A stretch of 63,891 nucleotides of DNA, counting the filler, from Octopus bimaculoides (lineage: Eukaryota): NCBI RefSeq assembly GCF_001194135.2. It is 6 parts of 5 records of this genome, joined end to end, with 100 filler letters (N's around TTAATTAATTAA, not from the genome) between each part and the next. Parts side by side here need not be neighbours in the genome. Positions count along the whole stretch, not along the records: positions 1 to 9,161 come from NW_026388358.1; positions 9,262 to 15,907 come from NC_068984.1; 4 more parts are not named here. One strand, written 5' to 3'. Each line of letters opens with the position of its first letter. Within the stretch, counting starts at the first letter, position 1. The translations under genes were made by a program, and so were the position numbers. The notes below the pieces were generated by a model. It was not told where the DNA came from. It did not search any database and was given only the letters and a program-made list of their open reading frames with translations. Shown piece by piece: positions 1-13,370 of the stretch.

Positions 1-169
1 ATATATATATATGTGTGTGTGTATGTGTGTGTGTGTACAGAGGGGTAAATATATGCACGTGGGTGTACATTTATGCATATTTATATATGCATGTGTGTGT
101 GTGTAAATATATATATATGAATAATATAAATATAACCGAACACACCCTCACATATCTATCTATCCATCC

Positions 170-219
<50 letters not shown>

Positions 220-259
220 GTATTTATCTATGTATCTATCAATATATAGATATCGATCG

Positions 260-311
<52 letters not shown>

Positions 312-1079
312 ACCTACTTATTTATGGACGTATGCATCTATCCATCTATCTATCAAGCGATCGATCTACATACAGCTATATATTAAATTACATATATACA
401 CAAGCATATATGCAGATGCATACATACACGACAATATTAGCAACAACAACAAAACAACAACAATGAAAATTGTATATTCAACCCCTACGGAACCCTGCAG
501 GTGACATGAAGTAAATCTTCAGAAGAATTCGTTGCAATATGATCTCGGGGAGCGAATTCCTGAGAACCCATTTTCGTATTTCATGAAACGGATTAGAACT
601 CGCTACTAATTTTGTAATGTTAATCAGAAAACAATAATAATAGTAACAACAACAACAACGACGACAACAATATTAATAATAATAACAATAATAATAATAA
701 CTACAACAGCAGCAACAATAATAATAATATTAATATTAATAATAATAATAATAATGTAAACGAATTATGACACAACATGTATAATGCCATCAACGAAGTT
801 TTCGGTAAATTCTTCGAAACGAGGAACGATATATGATGTCGTCTGATGTGTAACCTGGATTTTCTCTGATCAAAAAAAAAAAAGAAAAAAAAAATCGAAA
901 TTCAGGAAATCAGGGTTTTTTTTGTTTTTTTTGTGTGTTTTGTGTAGGTCGGAAATCTCGTTTGAATAAAGGTCAGCGTTTAATATATGACTTATATTTC
1001 CATTGTCCAAGTGTCCAGTGTCCTCCGCTTTCCTCTGTCTCCCCCCCCCCTCTCTCTCTCTCTAATTCTCTCTCCTAGC

Positions 1080-1118
<39 letters not shown>

Positions 1119-1321
1119 GTAATGACGGTGATGATGTTAATGAAGGTGATGATGATGATGATGATATTTCTTTCTCTCTCTCCCTCTCCCTCTCTCTCTC
1201 TGTATCTTTTATCTTTTATTTGTTTCACTCGATAGAAGGTGGCCATGTTGGAGTATCGCCTTGAGGAATTTTTTGTCAACCGAAGCGGCCCCCAGAGTTG
1301 TTTTTAAAGCTTTTTATGTAT

Positions 1322-1484
1322 TCTTTCATTCTTTTACTTGTTTCAGTCTTTTGGCTGTGGCCATGCTGGAGCACTGCCTTTAGCCGAGCAAATCGACCCC
1401 CCCCCCAGGACTTATTCTTTGTAAGCCCAGTACTTATTCTATCGGTCTCTTTTGCCGAACCACTAAATTACAGGGACGTAAACA
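1322..1484 (-). mobile_element. SINE 3' tail fragment
   Basis: Reverse complement reads tgtttacgtccc...ggttcggcaaaagagaccgatagaataagtac...ggggggtcgatttgctcggctaaagg-cagtgctccagcatggccacag...ctgaaacaagtaaaaga. Related tail fragments lie at about 2070-2150 and 61963-62015. Confidence 0.75.
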
Positions 1485-1576
1485 ATCACATCAACAATAC
1501 GACTTAAGGCACGTATTAATATCATCATCACCATCATTATCATTAACATCATCATAATCATCGTCATTACTATTAC

Positions 1577-1607
<31 letters not shown>

Positions 1608-2194
1608 ATCATTATCATCATCATCATCATTATTATTATTAACCTTCCGTTTTTTATTTACATTTATTGCTTAATCAATTCCAGCGTATTTTCTGCTCAA
1701 ATGCACCGCTTAAACCGCAAAACAAGACTAAGAGCAGACAGCCAGTCAGGCATGCAGATAGATCAAATGCACTGAATGCGATTTATTCCACGCGCACACA
1801 CACCCCCCGACAACCACTCACCCGCTTCTGTTTTGCTGCTACTTCGGCTACTGCTGCTGCTGCAGTTCTGGTGCACAAACTGCACCTCTGCATCTCGTAA
1901 ATGCAGTTTAATCAGGATAAACGTATTTAAAACTGGCCACGATAAAATAATTTTTTTCTCAAATCTGCAATCGATGATCTCACGGCCGGTATACGCAACA
2001 ATTGTAGCGACTTAACAACATACAAGCGTAAATATATATGTATATATGCATGTATATGTGTGTGTGTTAGTTGTTATAGCCATTGGACCGCAGCCATCGT
2101 GGTGCACAGCCTTCAAGACGGTTTTCTCGGACGCACCGACCCTGGTTCTCATATTTGTAATATATCAAAAGAAAAAAGTATATGTGCTTGCATC

Positions 2195-2234
<40 letters not shown>

Positions 2235-2655
2235 CATATATATTTGTGTATGCACGTATACAAATATATAAATATATTTATATATATATGTATATATACA
2301 TGGATACATATATGCATATATATACGCATATATGCGTGTATATATATGCGTATATATATGTATATATATATATATATGTATATATACGCATATATATACA
2401 TATATATATATACATATATATANNNNNNNNNNTATATATATATGTATGCTTATAAGTATGTATATTTATTTATCTCTACCTGTTTCTCTGTCTGTCTGTC
2501 TTTCTGTACGTATGTATATATGTATGTATGTATGTATGTATGTGAGACTGTGTGTCTGCCTGATATACATATATAAGTATGTACGTATATGAATTCAGAA
2601 AAAAAACAATATATACATACATATCTACACATACACATTTACATAAGTATACACT

Positions 2656-2707
<52 letters not shown>

Positions 2708-3156
2708 TATATATAATATACATACATATATATATTCGCATATACCTATGTATTCATCTCTCCCTGCCTCTCTTTACTCACACAAACAGTCCAAATGCAG
2801 TCAATCATGCATGGACACTGATCCGATAGACAGATTTTACAACACTTACTGCCGATGTGCCACACCATTGAGCAATTGCAGATCCCCATCTACTAAACGC
2901 AGTTTAATAAGGATAAGGGTATTTAAAACTAGCCACAAGAAACTACTTGAATCTCTAAAAATACGTCGTCCACCACTCCCGTTCGTTTGAGTACGCAACT
3001 GCAGTGATTTAAAAGCTAGTTGTAATCGCCTACATCCTTCGGCTTATTATCATTGTTACTGTTATCATCATCATCATCATCATCGTCGCCATCGACATTA
3101 TTATTATTAGTAGTAGCAGTAGTAATAGTAGTATTAGTATTAATATTAGTATTATT

Positions 3157-3350
3157 GCGCGAGAAAGACATCGAACGCCTAGCGGCATTTCGTCTGTCTT
3201 CGTGTTCCGAGTTCGAAACGCTGCTGGGGTTGACTTTGCCTTTCGTCCTGTCGAGATCGATCAAATAAGTACCCCTTGAACACATGGGGCTGATGTAATC
3301 GACTCATCTCCACTCCCACCAAGCTACCCTTGTGGCAAAAATTTGAAATC
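3157..3350 (+). mobile_element. tRNA-derived SINE (family A, gaaggtggcgagctggcag type), degenerate
   Basis: B-box-like gagttcgaaac, central gactttgcctttcgtcctgtcgagatcgatcaaataagtacc, then a (ATC/ATT)n tail. Aligns by eye to copies at 12182, 13139 and 53794. Confidence 0.8.
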
Positions 3351-3395
3351 ATCATCATTATTATTATCATTATTATTATTATTATTATTATTATT

Positions 3396-3642
3396 AAGGC
3401 AGCGAGCAGGCTGAGCCGTTGGCACGCTGGGCGAAATGCTCAGCGCTATTTCGACTGACTTTGTGTTTCTGAGTTCAAATTCTGGCGAGGTCGACTTTGG
3501 CCCTTCAACCTTTTGGGATCGATAAAATGGGTACCAGTTACGCACTGGGGTCGATGTAACCGACATACCATCCCACCACCACCACCACCACCACAACCAC
3601 CACCACCAATCTTAGGTCTTGTGCTTATAGCTGAAAAGTTCA
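3396..3642 (+). mobile_element. tRNA-derived SINE (family A)
   Basis: aaggcagcgagcaggctgagccgttggcacgctgggcgaaatgc...ctgagttcaaattctggcgaggtcgactttggccc..., ending in gtcttgtgcttatag plus (ATT)n. Confidence 0.85.
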
Positions 3643-4160
3643 TTATTATTATTATATTATTATTATTATTATTATTATTATTAGCAGTAGAAGTATTTTC
3701 ATTGTTGTTGTTTGCATTGCATTAAAAGTGCACCGAAACAGTGCATCAAGCACAGAAACAACACCAACAACAGCAACAACAACAGCAGTAGTCGAAATTT
3801 TTCAATAATCTCTGAAATTAAGCGTTCAAACCTGTTAAATTGTCCGTCACACAAGGTAAACGAGATCAGCGCAACCTAGCGGAATAAAAAGTCAAATAGC
3901 AACAACAACAACAACAACAACATCAACAAAATATATCAGCGACTTCTACTTATTCTGCTCGTAGTTGTTGTTGTTGTTGTGATGGTGGTGGCGGTGGCGC
4001 AACCGCTGCTGTTGCCGTTGGTGTAGAATTAAATTTTGGGGATGTGCACGTTTAGGTATGTGCTTCTCTCTCTCTATAAATATTTATATATATATATATA
4101 TATATATATACATGCACACGCGCGCATGCACACAGAATCACAAATGCATGTTTGAATAAG

Positions 4161-4196
<36 letters not shown>

Positions 4197-4400
4197 CACA
4201 CACACATCTACAACTTGCTTTTTGCACTCTCTCTCTTTCTCTCACCGTCCTCCTCTCTTTCTCCATATATANNNNNNNNNNNNNNNNNNNNNNNNNNNNN
4301 NNNNNNNNNNNNNNNNNNNNNNNNNNNNNNNNNNNNNNNNNNNNNNNNNNNNNNNNNNNNNNNNNNNNNNNNNNNNNNNNNNNNNNNNNNNNNNNNNNNN

Positions 4401-4633
4401 CCCTTAACGTAGTTCTCGGGGATATTCAGCGTGACACAGTGTAACAAGGCTGAGCCCTTGAATTACAGGTACAACAGAAACAGGAAGAAAGAGTGAGAGA
4501 AAGTTGTGGTGGAAGAGTACAGCAGGGTTCGCCACCATCCCCTGCCGGAGCCTCGTGGAGCTTTAGGTGTTTTCGCTCAATAAACACTCACAACGCCCGG
4601 TCTGGGAATCGAAACTGCGATCCTATGACCACG
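4401..4633 (-). mobile_element. tRNA-derived SINE (family B), partial
   Basis: Near-identical in reverse complement to the 28173-28552 copy (gcggactcg...ataggatc...ccagaccgggcgtt...ctaaagctccacgaggctccggcagggg...gagaactacgttaaggg). Confidence 0.9.
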
Positions 4634-5228
4634 AGTCCGCTACCATTTTTTTAAAAAAAGATATATTAAATCTACAATAAGCTAAGACTTTTATAACTGC
4701 CTCTGCTAAAAAGAATTTCAAAACTTCTAGAATACAGCTTATAGTCAGCTGTGGCTACCAGAATTTTGTAGGGTCTGTACAAAGTGCCGTTACAGCCGTT
4801 TCTTTCAATCTAAAACAACCATGGCAGGTCAGCTTATTAGATGTATGGTAAAGAAACATTAAACGTAAAATAACTAAAGGAGAATTATAATAGCCTCTCT
4901 AGAAAAAAGTCTCAAAATTTCTAGACTGTACTCTGTGTGTGTGTGTATATATATGTGTGTATGTATATGTGTGGTGTGTGTATACGTATGTAATATGTCC
5001 ACATAAGCCTGCTCCATCGTGGTTTCGTGAAGATGATAACAAGGACGATGGCTATGGCGATAGAGCGTATAAAGGGCGCATTCAGTTCATATTTATCTTA
5101 CAGATGGGATCTCACAGCAATCTCACAAAAAAAAAAAAACATAAGCTAGAAAATAGAAGAGAGACGTGATTTTTTTTTCCACGAAATTAATGGAAATGTA
5201 AATTTATTTATATATATAATTCATATAA

Positions 5229-5265
<37 letters not shown>

Positions 5266-5287
5266 GCATGTATATATATGCATGTGT

Positions 5288-5323
<36 letters not shown>

Positions 5324-5806
5324 ATATGCGCACCTGTATATGTGCATGTCTGTCTATGCATGTATCTACACAACTTTATCCTTTTCGAAACTCCATAACT
5401 ATTTTTCTTATTCATCTCTCACCCTTCTTTCTTTCCTTTTACCTCCTTTCTTTCTCCCTTTTACCCCCTCTCTCGCCTCATCACTCCCTTTCTCTCACTC
5501 TCTCTCTCTCCCCATCTCTCTCTCACAATCACTCTTTGTCTCTCTCTCTCTTCGTCTCTTTCTTTATATTCCTGTCAACATATCTCGGCCATTTTTTTCT
5601 TCGTCTTCCATTTATAAGCCGTAACCTTCCTCTTAAAACCCACGCCATTAATACCGTCACCGCAACCACCCTTCCACATAGTGGAACCCCCACTCCCCAC
5701 AGACGTACAGAGTTGACAGGTAGCGCCCCCTACTTCAATTACCATCAGATTTGCCTATTTTGACATATATATAGATACATACAAACTTACATACGTACAT
5801 ATAGGA

Positions 5807-5845
<39 letters not shown>

Positions 5846-5886
5846 TATATATATGAACTTATGTTCAGGTGGTGTATACATATATA

Positions 5887-5919
<33 letters not shown>

Positions 5920-6046
5920 CGTGTGTTGTGTATATATTTTTTGCATTCCGTTTTTCAGTATATTTCCAAGAAATTTTTAATTGAGAGTGCATTTCCTTGA
6001 AATCCTGGCGGTCTTAGTAGAGTCGAAGAACAGGGACCCGACTATG

Positions 6047-6083
<37 letters not shown>

Positions 6084-6289
6084 TAGCAATAATAACAATA
6101 ATAATGATGATGATGATTTAAATTTTTTGTCACAAGGGTGAAGGATGTGCGGGGCTATACGATGACATACAACGTGTAGGGGTTTGCATACAACGAAATA
6201 ATAAAAAAAAATTAAAGTATACACTGAAAAAGAAGGGTCATATGCATAGGAAAGAAAGATAGAAAAAAGAAAAAGGTGGGGGGGATGAT

Positions 6290-6490
6290 AGAGATGTGGC
6301 CCTCCTGATACAAGAAGGCCTCAAGGGATAACCAAGGAACCCCACTGTCCGAGATCTCCCTGAAACCCCAGAAGTAGGTGCCCCTCTCCAATTCCTTCTC
6401 TCTGACTCACGGGTCTACCCTAAGAGAGGGACCATCCACTCTTGCCATTTTCGCAGCTTTCACCCGCCTTTCAATAAACTCACACGAGGA
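6290..6490 (-). mobile_element. possible Tx1/L1-clade LINE ORF2 C-terminus and 3' UTR remnant
   Basis: Minus strand translates SCEFIERRVKAAKMARVDGPSL, which recalls the F-x-E-R-W-V C-terminus of Tx1-like ORF2 proteins (from memory, unverified). Confidence 0.35.
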
Positions 6491-6520
6491 CAGCACTTCC
6501 CTCTCCACTCTCAATTTCGT

Positions 6521-6560
<40 letters not shown>

Positions 6561-6659
6561 CAGCAGCAGCAGCAACAGCATCAACAGTTTTGAAATTTTA
6601 ATATTTTTAGCCTCACTATTAAAAATGTTTTTGAGATCATTTGTATAACACCCTCCCTC

Positions 6660-6690
<31 letters not shown>

Positions 6691-7474
6691 ACACAAATGC
6701 ACACAAACACACTCGCACACACATCCATCGATTTCTTTCCATAACCCTACGTTTTGCTTTTTCTATCTATCTATCTATCTATCCATCCATCCATCGATCT
6801 ATCTGTGTGTTTATCTACCTACATATTCATCTATCCATCCCCCTTCAGCCAGCGCTTATTTTTCAAATTCCCTCTTCCCCATTNNNNNNNNNNNNNNNNN
6901 NNNNNNNNNNNNNNNNNNNNNNNNNNNNNNNNNNNNNNNNNNNNNNNNNNNNNNNNNNNNNNNNNNNNNNNNNNNNNNNNNNNNNNNNNNNNNNNNNNNN
7001 NNNNNNNNNNNNNNNNNNNNNNNNNNNNNNNNNNNNNNNNNNNNNNNNNNNNNNNNNNNNNNNNNNNNNNNNNNNNNNNNNNNNNNNNNNNNNNNNNNNN
7101 NNNNNNNNNNNNNNNNNNNNNNNNNNNNNNNNNNNNNNNNNNNNNNNNNNNNNNNNNNNNNNNNNNNNNNNNNNNNNNNNNNNNNNNNNNNNNNNNNNNN
7201 NNNNNNNNNNNNNNNNNNNNNNNNNNNNNNNNNNNNNNNNNNNNNNNNNNNNNNNNNNNNNNNNNNNNNNNNNNNNNNNNNNNNNNNNNNNNNNNNNNNN
7301 NNNNNNNNNNNNNNNNNNNNNNNNNNNNNNNNNNNNNNNNNNNNNNNNNNNNNNNNNNNNNNNNNNNNNNNNNNNNNNNNNNNNNNNNNNNNNNNNNNNN
7401 NNNNNNNNNNNNNNNNNNNNNNNNNNNNNNNNNNNNNNNNNNNNNNNNNNNNNNNNNNNNNNNNNNNNNNNNNN

Positions 7475-7508
<34 letters not shown>

Positions 7509-7831
7509 TTGCATATGTGTATATTTGTATATATGTATACATATACATATGTATGTAATATGTGTGTGTGTGTATGTATGTATATATATGTGCGTGTATA
7601 TAGACACATATGTATCAGTATTGTTGCTTTAAAAACGTTTCTATATTGACATATGACCCCCCACATCACCGCATCCACGCAAACATATTTACGCACGCGC
7701 ATGCGCATAGAGAAAGAGATACAAATATATAAATGTATACGCATGTTGTATATCTGCGTGTTTGTGCGTGTCTACGTACATATATATATATATATACAGA
7801 AACACATTAGGGGTGAAGCCACCGGAAAGTG

Positions 7832-7866
<35 letters not shown>

Positions 7867-8282
7867 NNNNNNNNNNNNNNNNNNNNNNNNNNNNNNNNNN
7901 NNNNNNNNNNNNNNNNNNNNNNNNNNNNNNNNNNNNNNNNNNNNNNNNNNNNNNNNNNNNNNNNNNNNNNNNNNNNNNNNNNNNNNNNNNNNNNNNNNNN
8001 NNNNNNNNNNNNNNNNNNNNNNNNNNNNNNNNNNNNNNNNNNNNNNNNNNNNNNNNNNNNNNNNNNNNNNNNNNNNNNNNNNNNNNNNNNNNNNNNNNNN
8101 NNNNNNNNNNNNNNNNNNNNNNNNNNNNNNNNNNNNNNNTATATATTTATATGTACGTATATTTATATATATACATGCATTCGTATATAACTTGTGATGC
8201 AGTTAAGTTGACTGTTTCTGGAATAGATCTCAATGAATATTTGCCGAGTACAATAAATTCTTTATATATATAAGCAGCTGAA

Positions 8283-8510
8283 TATTATCAGGTCATCCCA
8301 TAAGTTCTGTCCGAATTTTGAATAAAGAAAACAAGTGATCAAATGTTATATTTAATTGAAATTTAATCATCAATGTACTTCCCTGATTATCTATGACTTC
8401 CTTCCATCTATTTACAAGCTTTTTAATCACATCAATGTCAAACTCTTTTGGTTTCAAAGTGAAGAACTCTGAAATGTCAACTGGACGTCTGAAATCTCCA
8501 CTCCCGAATC
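8283..8510 (-). mobile_element. mariner transposon 3' end remnant with TIR
   Basis: Minus strand DISEFFTLKPKEFDIDVIKKLVNRWKEVIDNQG matches the mariner C-terminal motif FF..KP.EF...GI.KL..RW..VI...G. It is followed by a TIR-like end (plus strand TA-ttatcaggtcatcccataagttctgtccg). Confidence 0.85.
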
Positions 8511-9121
8511 ATGTTATATCTATGTACGAAACGATCGTCCGCAAGAACTAAACTTCTTATAAATTTTAACAAATTGTCTCCTCCATTTTTAACAAAATCG
8601 AAGGGATTTATGGGACTTCATTTCATAAATTGACCATATGTTATATACAAGTACTACTTTCATATCTTCGCAAATTTACGCCTGTAAACTCCCAGCAAAG
8701 TACGAAAAATGAACATTAGAATTCTTTTATTGGAAACCTCGAATTAAAGATGTTATTAAAAATATATTTTGTAATGTTCATGAAGTTCAAAGCATTTATT
8801 AGCTCTGGTTAATCCCGCCAATAGTCATATGTTTGTCTCAAACGAATGGTGAAACCACGAATGGCCTCAGGAACTAGACCTAATCCTCAGAACCGTATTC
8901 CTCATGGTGAGGAGAGTGGATGACAGTGGCAATTCCAGAGGTAATATATGCATTGAACTTTATGGGCAGAACAAAATATTTCTTTAATGTTTAACTCACT
9001 TTAACATGATAGAAGTTTGTTTTTAAATTCAATAATAAAAAACGTGAAAACGAGATCATATTTAAACTTTATTCAACTGATATATTATTCTATACACATT
9101 TGCACAAATTCGGAATATATA

Positions 9122-9161
<40 letters not shown>

Positions 9162-9205
9162 NNNNNNNNNNNNNNNNNNNNNNNNNNNNNNNNNNNNNNN
9201 NNNNN

Positions 9206-9217
9206 TTAATTAATTAA
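9206..9217. other. artificial gap marker TTAATTAATTAA (also 15952-15963, 41845-41856, 51073-51084, 62567-62578)
   Basis: An identical 12-mer set in N runs five times (44 N each side where counted, giving 100 nt). It carries stop codons in all six frames. Confidence 0.95.
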
Positions 9218-9261
9218 NNNNNNNNNNNNNNNNNNNNNNNNNNNNNNNNNNNNNNNNNNNN

Positions 9262-9296
<35 letters not shown>

Positions 9297-9799
9297 GTAT
9301 CTGTGTGTATCTGTGTGTACAAACACATACATACATTTAGTGGTTGTCAACTTGTGTGTATATGGATGGGGTAGGTGAAGGGTGATGGGAAAAGATGAAA
9401 AAGAGCAAGGGGGATGACAGGTGGTGGTATATAGCCAGCTTATAGAAGTGTATTATATGTATATATGTGTGGATGTATTAAGTGTGAGAAAAAACTCTTG
9501 TGATAATAAGAAAACAAGAAGTTGAAAGAAATGAATTGAAAGGAGAGTGATAGGGAGAAAGGTAGGGCGATGAAGGTTGGAAGAGACCTAGTTATGAAGG
9601 AAGCGGGTAAGGAATAAAGAGCTATTGGGATGGCGGAGAAGAGAAAAAGATGAGAGTCAGAGTATGACAGAACAGATGAATATAGGAAGGAAGGGGAAAA
9701 CTCCAAAAGGGGCAAAGAGCAGTCCTAAATACAAGGTTGGACTTAACCAATTAACTAAAATGTACTTCCGTTCAGAAGGGAAGAGAGAAAAGATCATTG

Positions 9800-10170
9800 T
9801 TTTAAAAGTTTATGAAGGTGAAGTAAATTCTTCAGAATTATTCTTTTTCTCCGCCAAACAGATCTTACACCTCCCACTGTTAACATGTAGTCTGCACTTT
9901 TCTAGCAATCTCCAGTTGACTTTAAATAATGCACTTTTTTCTTCAATAACCATATGTTTTGTGCTAATGCTGTGGCGTCACGTCTTCCTTGGATTTTAAA
10001 TGAGGACTACTGGTTGTTCAATCTGGTCTTTAGAGAGCCTTCCGTTGCCCGAACGTTACTCTATATCTACGCCATCGCTTTGAAGTTCTTTGACATTACC
10101 TTCATTTCGTACACAATAGCATTTATATCACAAGATCCACCGGGTAGGTAGGTGACGTTACTTTTGCCAG
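9800..10170 (-). mobile_element. Penelope-like element GIY-YIG endonuclease remnant
   Basis: Minus strand with frameshifts: ...IVYEMKV...KTRLNNQ*SSFKIQGRRDATALAQNIWLLKKKSALFKVNWRLLEKCRLHVNSGRCKICLAEK. This matches the PLE GIY-YIG pattern K.R.N.H.SSF...AT.LS..IW.LK....W....C..C.LCL.EK. Confidence 0.85.
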
Positions 10171-10499
10171 AACAGGTTGCCTCTCTATTTGGTTTGAGCC
10201 TGCTAACTAAAATTTTTTTCATATTAGGTACGCAGCTACAGAACTAATCAAGATATACCTGTTGAATATATTTTGAAAAGGAGAAAGTGGAAAACAGAAG
10301 AAACAGGAAAGAAAGAATGATAAAGAGAGAGAGGAATAGTATATAAAAAATGCAAGTAGAGGAAAGGAGAAAAAGGAGAGAGAGAAAATAAATGAAAAAA
10401 TCCAAGGAAAACGGTTTACTTTAAAATAACAATGAAATTGTTATAAAAGAAATATCGATGAAATATTTCAAAAAATGAATACATAAATACACATATATG

Positions 10500-10830
10500 T
10501 ATACACACTTGCACTCATCTATTCTTACACGTATACATGCATCCATACATATACAGATATCTTAATAGTAAATAATATACATATATATATGCATGCATGT
10601 ATACATACATACATGCATACATACATACGTATATGTATATACATACATACATGCATACATACATGCATACATATATACATACATAAACGCATACATATAT
10701 ATACATACAAACATACAAACATATATACATACATGCATGCATGCCTACATACATACATACATACATACATGCATACATACATACATGCATGCATGCCTAC
10801 ATACATACATACATACATACACACATACAA
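10500..10830. repeat. degenerate (ATAC)n/(ATGC) tetranucleotide array
   Basis: Read directly; source of the MYVC/HTYI-type pseudo-ORFs. Confidence 0.95.
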
Positions 10831-11789
10831 ATAATTCTGGTCGTGCCGTGGTAAAAATCCACAATTAAAGAAAAATTCAGAGTTTAAAATCTTAGTAGAT
10901 ATATTTTATTTGCCATTTCGATAATGTTTCAAATTTTATTTCTTTGGATAAAACTCTTGAAAGAGAAAGTGGTGGGAGGCAGACAGACAGACAGACAGTG
11001 TGTTCGTGCGTTTGTGTGTGTGTGTGTGTGTGTGTGCAATTTAAAATGAAAGAATAGGAAATGAAAGAAAAAAAAAAGATTAATGAAAAAGAGACGGCGA
11101 AAATTAATAAGAGTATATAGGCATATGAGATAGATGTGAAGGAAAGAGAAAAATCGATCAGGCTGAAAGAAAAAGAAAGGAAGGTGATGAGAGAGATAGT
11201 ATGAGGTAGTTAGGGAAGAAAGAGGTGAAAAGAAAATGAGGAAAAATAAAGAGGTTGAGAAAGCTGATGGAGAAAACGCAATGTACGTGAAGAGAAATAT
11301 GAGGAAGAGATAAAAAAGAAGGGAAAAGGAAATAAAAAAGAGTAGAAACGAAGAAGGAAAAATAAAACAGACAAGAGTATATAGAGAGTAGATGAAGAGG
11401 AAAGGAGAAATGAGAGAGAGAGAGAGAGAGAGAAGTGGGGGAGGGGTAAGTGAATAACATCGAAGAAAGATAGTTAACTTAAAAATAGCCATTATGATAT
11501 TTGAAATTACTCTGAAAGAAATATTGATAGAATATTCTAAAAAATGATTATTTCAGTAAAAAAAATGGGTGAATAATGTATGGAAATTCACACATTAAAA
11601 CTAGTTAATACAATTTAAAAATAATTTTAAACATTTCAGTTAAACTGTGCGTTAGAAATTTAAAAGATAAACAGTATGGAATTATGAAACACCAATAAGA
11701 TATAATTGTAAAAAAAATAAATAAGACTACTAATGAGTTTCTTCAACTATCGATTTCCTACTTTCACGTCTGCAATCTCATACTCGATG

Positions 11790-11849
<60 letters not shown>

Positions 11850-12181
11850 TATAATAATGATGATGATGATGATGATGGTCACTCTCGTCCATTTCGACGT
11901 AGGAGAGCTTGAAAGGAAGGATATTTTCTCAAAGAAAAAAGAAAGGAACAAAAATAAAAGAATCTGCTTCTATTTGCGATAGATGCGTGTATGTAATTTG
12001 AGTCCCGGTATGGATTTTGCTATGAAGTCAAAATGAGGACAGTGATGATTTTGATTTTGCTGGAATTGGACAAATCTGCTTCTTGATTGCAGGATATAAT
12101 TCTTTCATTGTTCCGTTTCTTCAACTCAAATTGTTTAGATGCATAACACATTTTACGTCACTCAGATCGATCTACGGGAAG

Positions 12182-12470
12182 AAAGGTGACGAGCTGTCAG
12201 AATCGTTAGAGCGTCGGGCAAAATGCTTGGCGTTATTTCTTCTGGTTCATTACACTCTGAGCTCAAAATGTGCCGAAATCAATTTTGCCTTTCATCTTTT
12301 TGAAGTGGATAAAATAAAGTACTTCAGAGTTCAAATGCTGCCGAAGTCGACCTTGTCTTTCATCCTTTCGGGGTTGATAAAATAAATACCAGTCAAGTAT
12401 TGGGGTCGAGGTAATCTATAAGCCCTCTTCTCCAAATTTCATGCCTTGTGCCTATAGTAAAAAGCATTAC
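12182..12470 (+). mobile_element. tRNA-derived SINE (family A), full length
   Basis: aaggtgacgagctgtcagaatcgttagagcgtcgggcaaaatgc... with B-box-like ctgagctcaaaat and cagagttcaaat (internal partial duplication), ending ccttgtgcctatagtaaaaagcattac. Confidence 0.85.
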
Positions 12471-12504
12471 TCTCTTTTTCTTTCTTTTTTCTTTCTTTTT
12501 CTTT

Positions 12505-12933
12505 CTTTATTTTTTTTGAGGATGAAAACTCTCAGCTTAGTTTGCTGGGTATGATAGAACCTTCCTACAGCCAACAAACGAAGGTGACACTTGTTTACTG
12601 ATCATGCTTCAAGAATCCTGCAGAGAACTCTTGCAGTTAGAAACAAATCTGATTTTTGTAAGTGTTCTATTTTTACATTCGTACCAATCTTTTTGAGCCA
12701 CGTTTGTAGTTGAGTGCTAATACCTCCAAGCGCGCCAATTGCTACAGGCATTTACCACTGGCATCCCCTCCTCTCTCTTCCTTGCCCACAGCCTGCGTAT
12801 TTCCCACATCAATTCGCCATATTCGTTCATTTTTTCTTCTTTCTCTCCGATCCTGTTGTCACCAGGACATGCTAAGTCGATTATCAGGTATGCTTTTTCT
12901 TTTCTGTTCACCACAACAATGTCAGGTTTACCA

Positions 12934-12935
<2 letters not shown>
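12505..12935 (-). mobile_element. Dong/R4-clade non-LTR retrotransposon 3' end (restriction-like endonuclease domain, 3' UTR, A-rich tail)
   Basis: Minus strand KPDIVVVNRKEKAYLIIDLACPGDNRIGEKEEKMNEYGELMWEIRRLW...ALGGISTQLQTWLKKIG...IEHLQKSDLFLTARVLCRILEA*. This matches the R4/Dong RLE motif PD.VV....IIDVA.P.D...K..KY..L...LW and the C-terminal LQK..L..TAR.L. Confidence 0.9.
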
Positions 12936-13018
<83 letters not shown>

Positions 13019-13064
13019 ATTGCCTTTGCACAGCTTCGAATGCTGGAGATGTACTACAGTGCCA

Positions 13065-13137
<73 letters not shown>
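12932..13137. repeat. compound (ATT)n/(GTT)n microsatellites
   Basis: Read directly. Confidence 0.95.
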
Positions 13138-13138
<1 letters not shown>

Positions 13139-13370
13139 TGAAGGTGGCGAGCTGGCAGTATCGTTAGCACGCTGGACGAAATGCTTATCAGTATTTCGCC
13201 CGATGCTACGTTCTGAGTTCAAATTCTGCCAAGATTGACTTTGCCTTTCATCCTTTCGGGGTCGGTAAATAAAGCACTAGTGAAACACTGGGATCGATGT
13301 AATCGATTCATCCCTTTCCCCAAAAATGGAGACCCTTGTGGCCAAATTTGAAACCCTTATTATTATTATT
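13139..13370 (+). mobile_element. tRNA-derived SINE (family A), full length
   Basis: gaaggtggcgagctggcagtatcgttagcacgctggacgaaatgc...ttctgagttcaaattctgccaagattgactttgcctttcatcctttcggggtcggtaaataaagcac..., (ATT)n tail. Confidence 0.9.

Noticed and set aside
9206-9217. Recurrent TTAATTAATTAA as a biological motif (homeobox or piggyBac site)
   Set aside because: It always sits inside N runs; an assembly marker.
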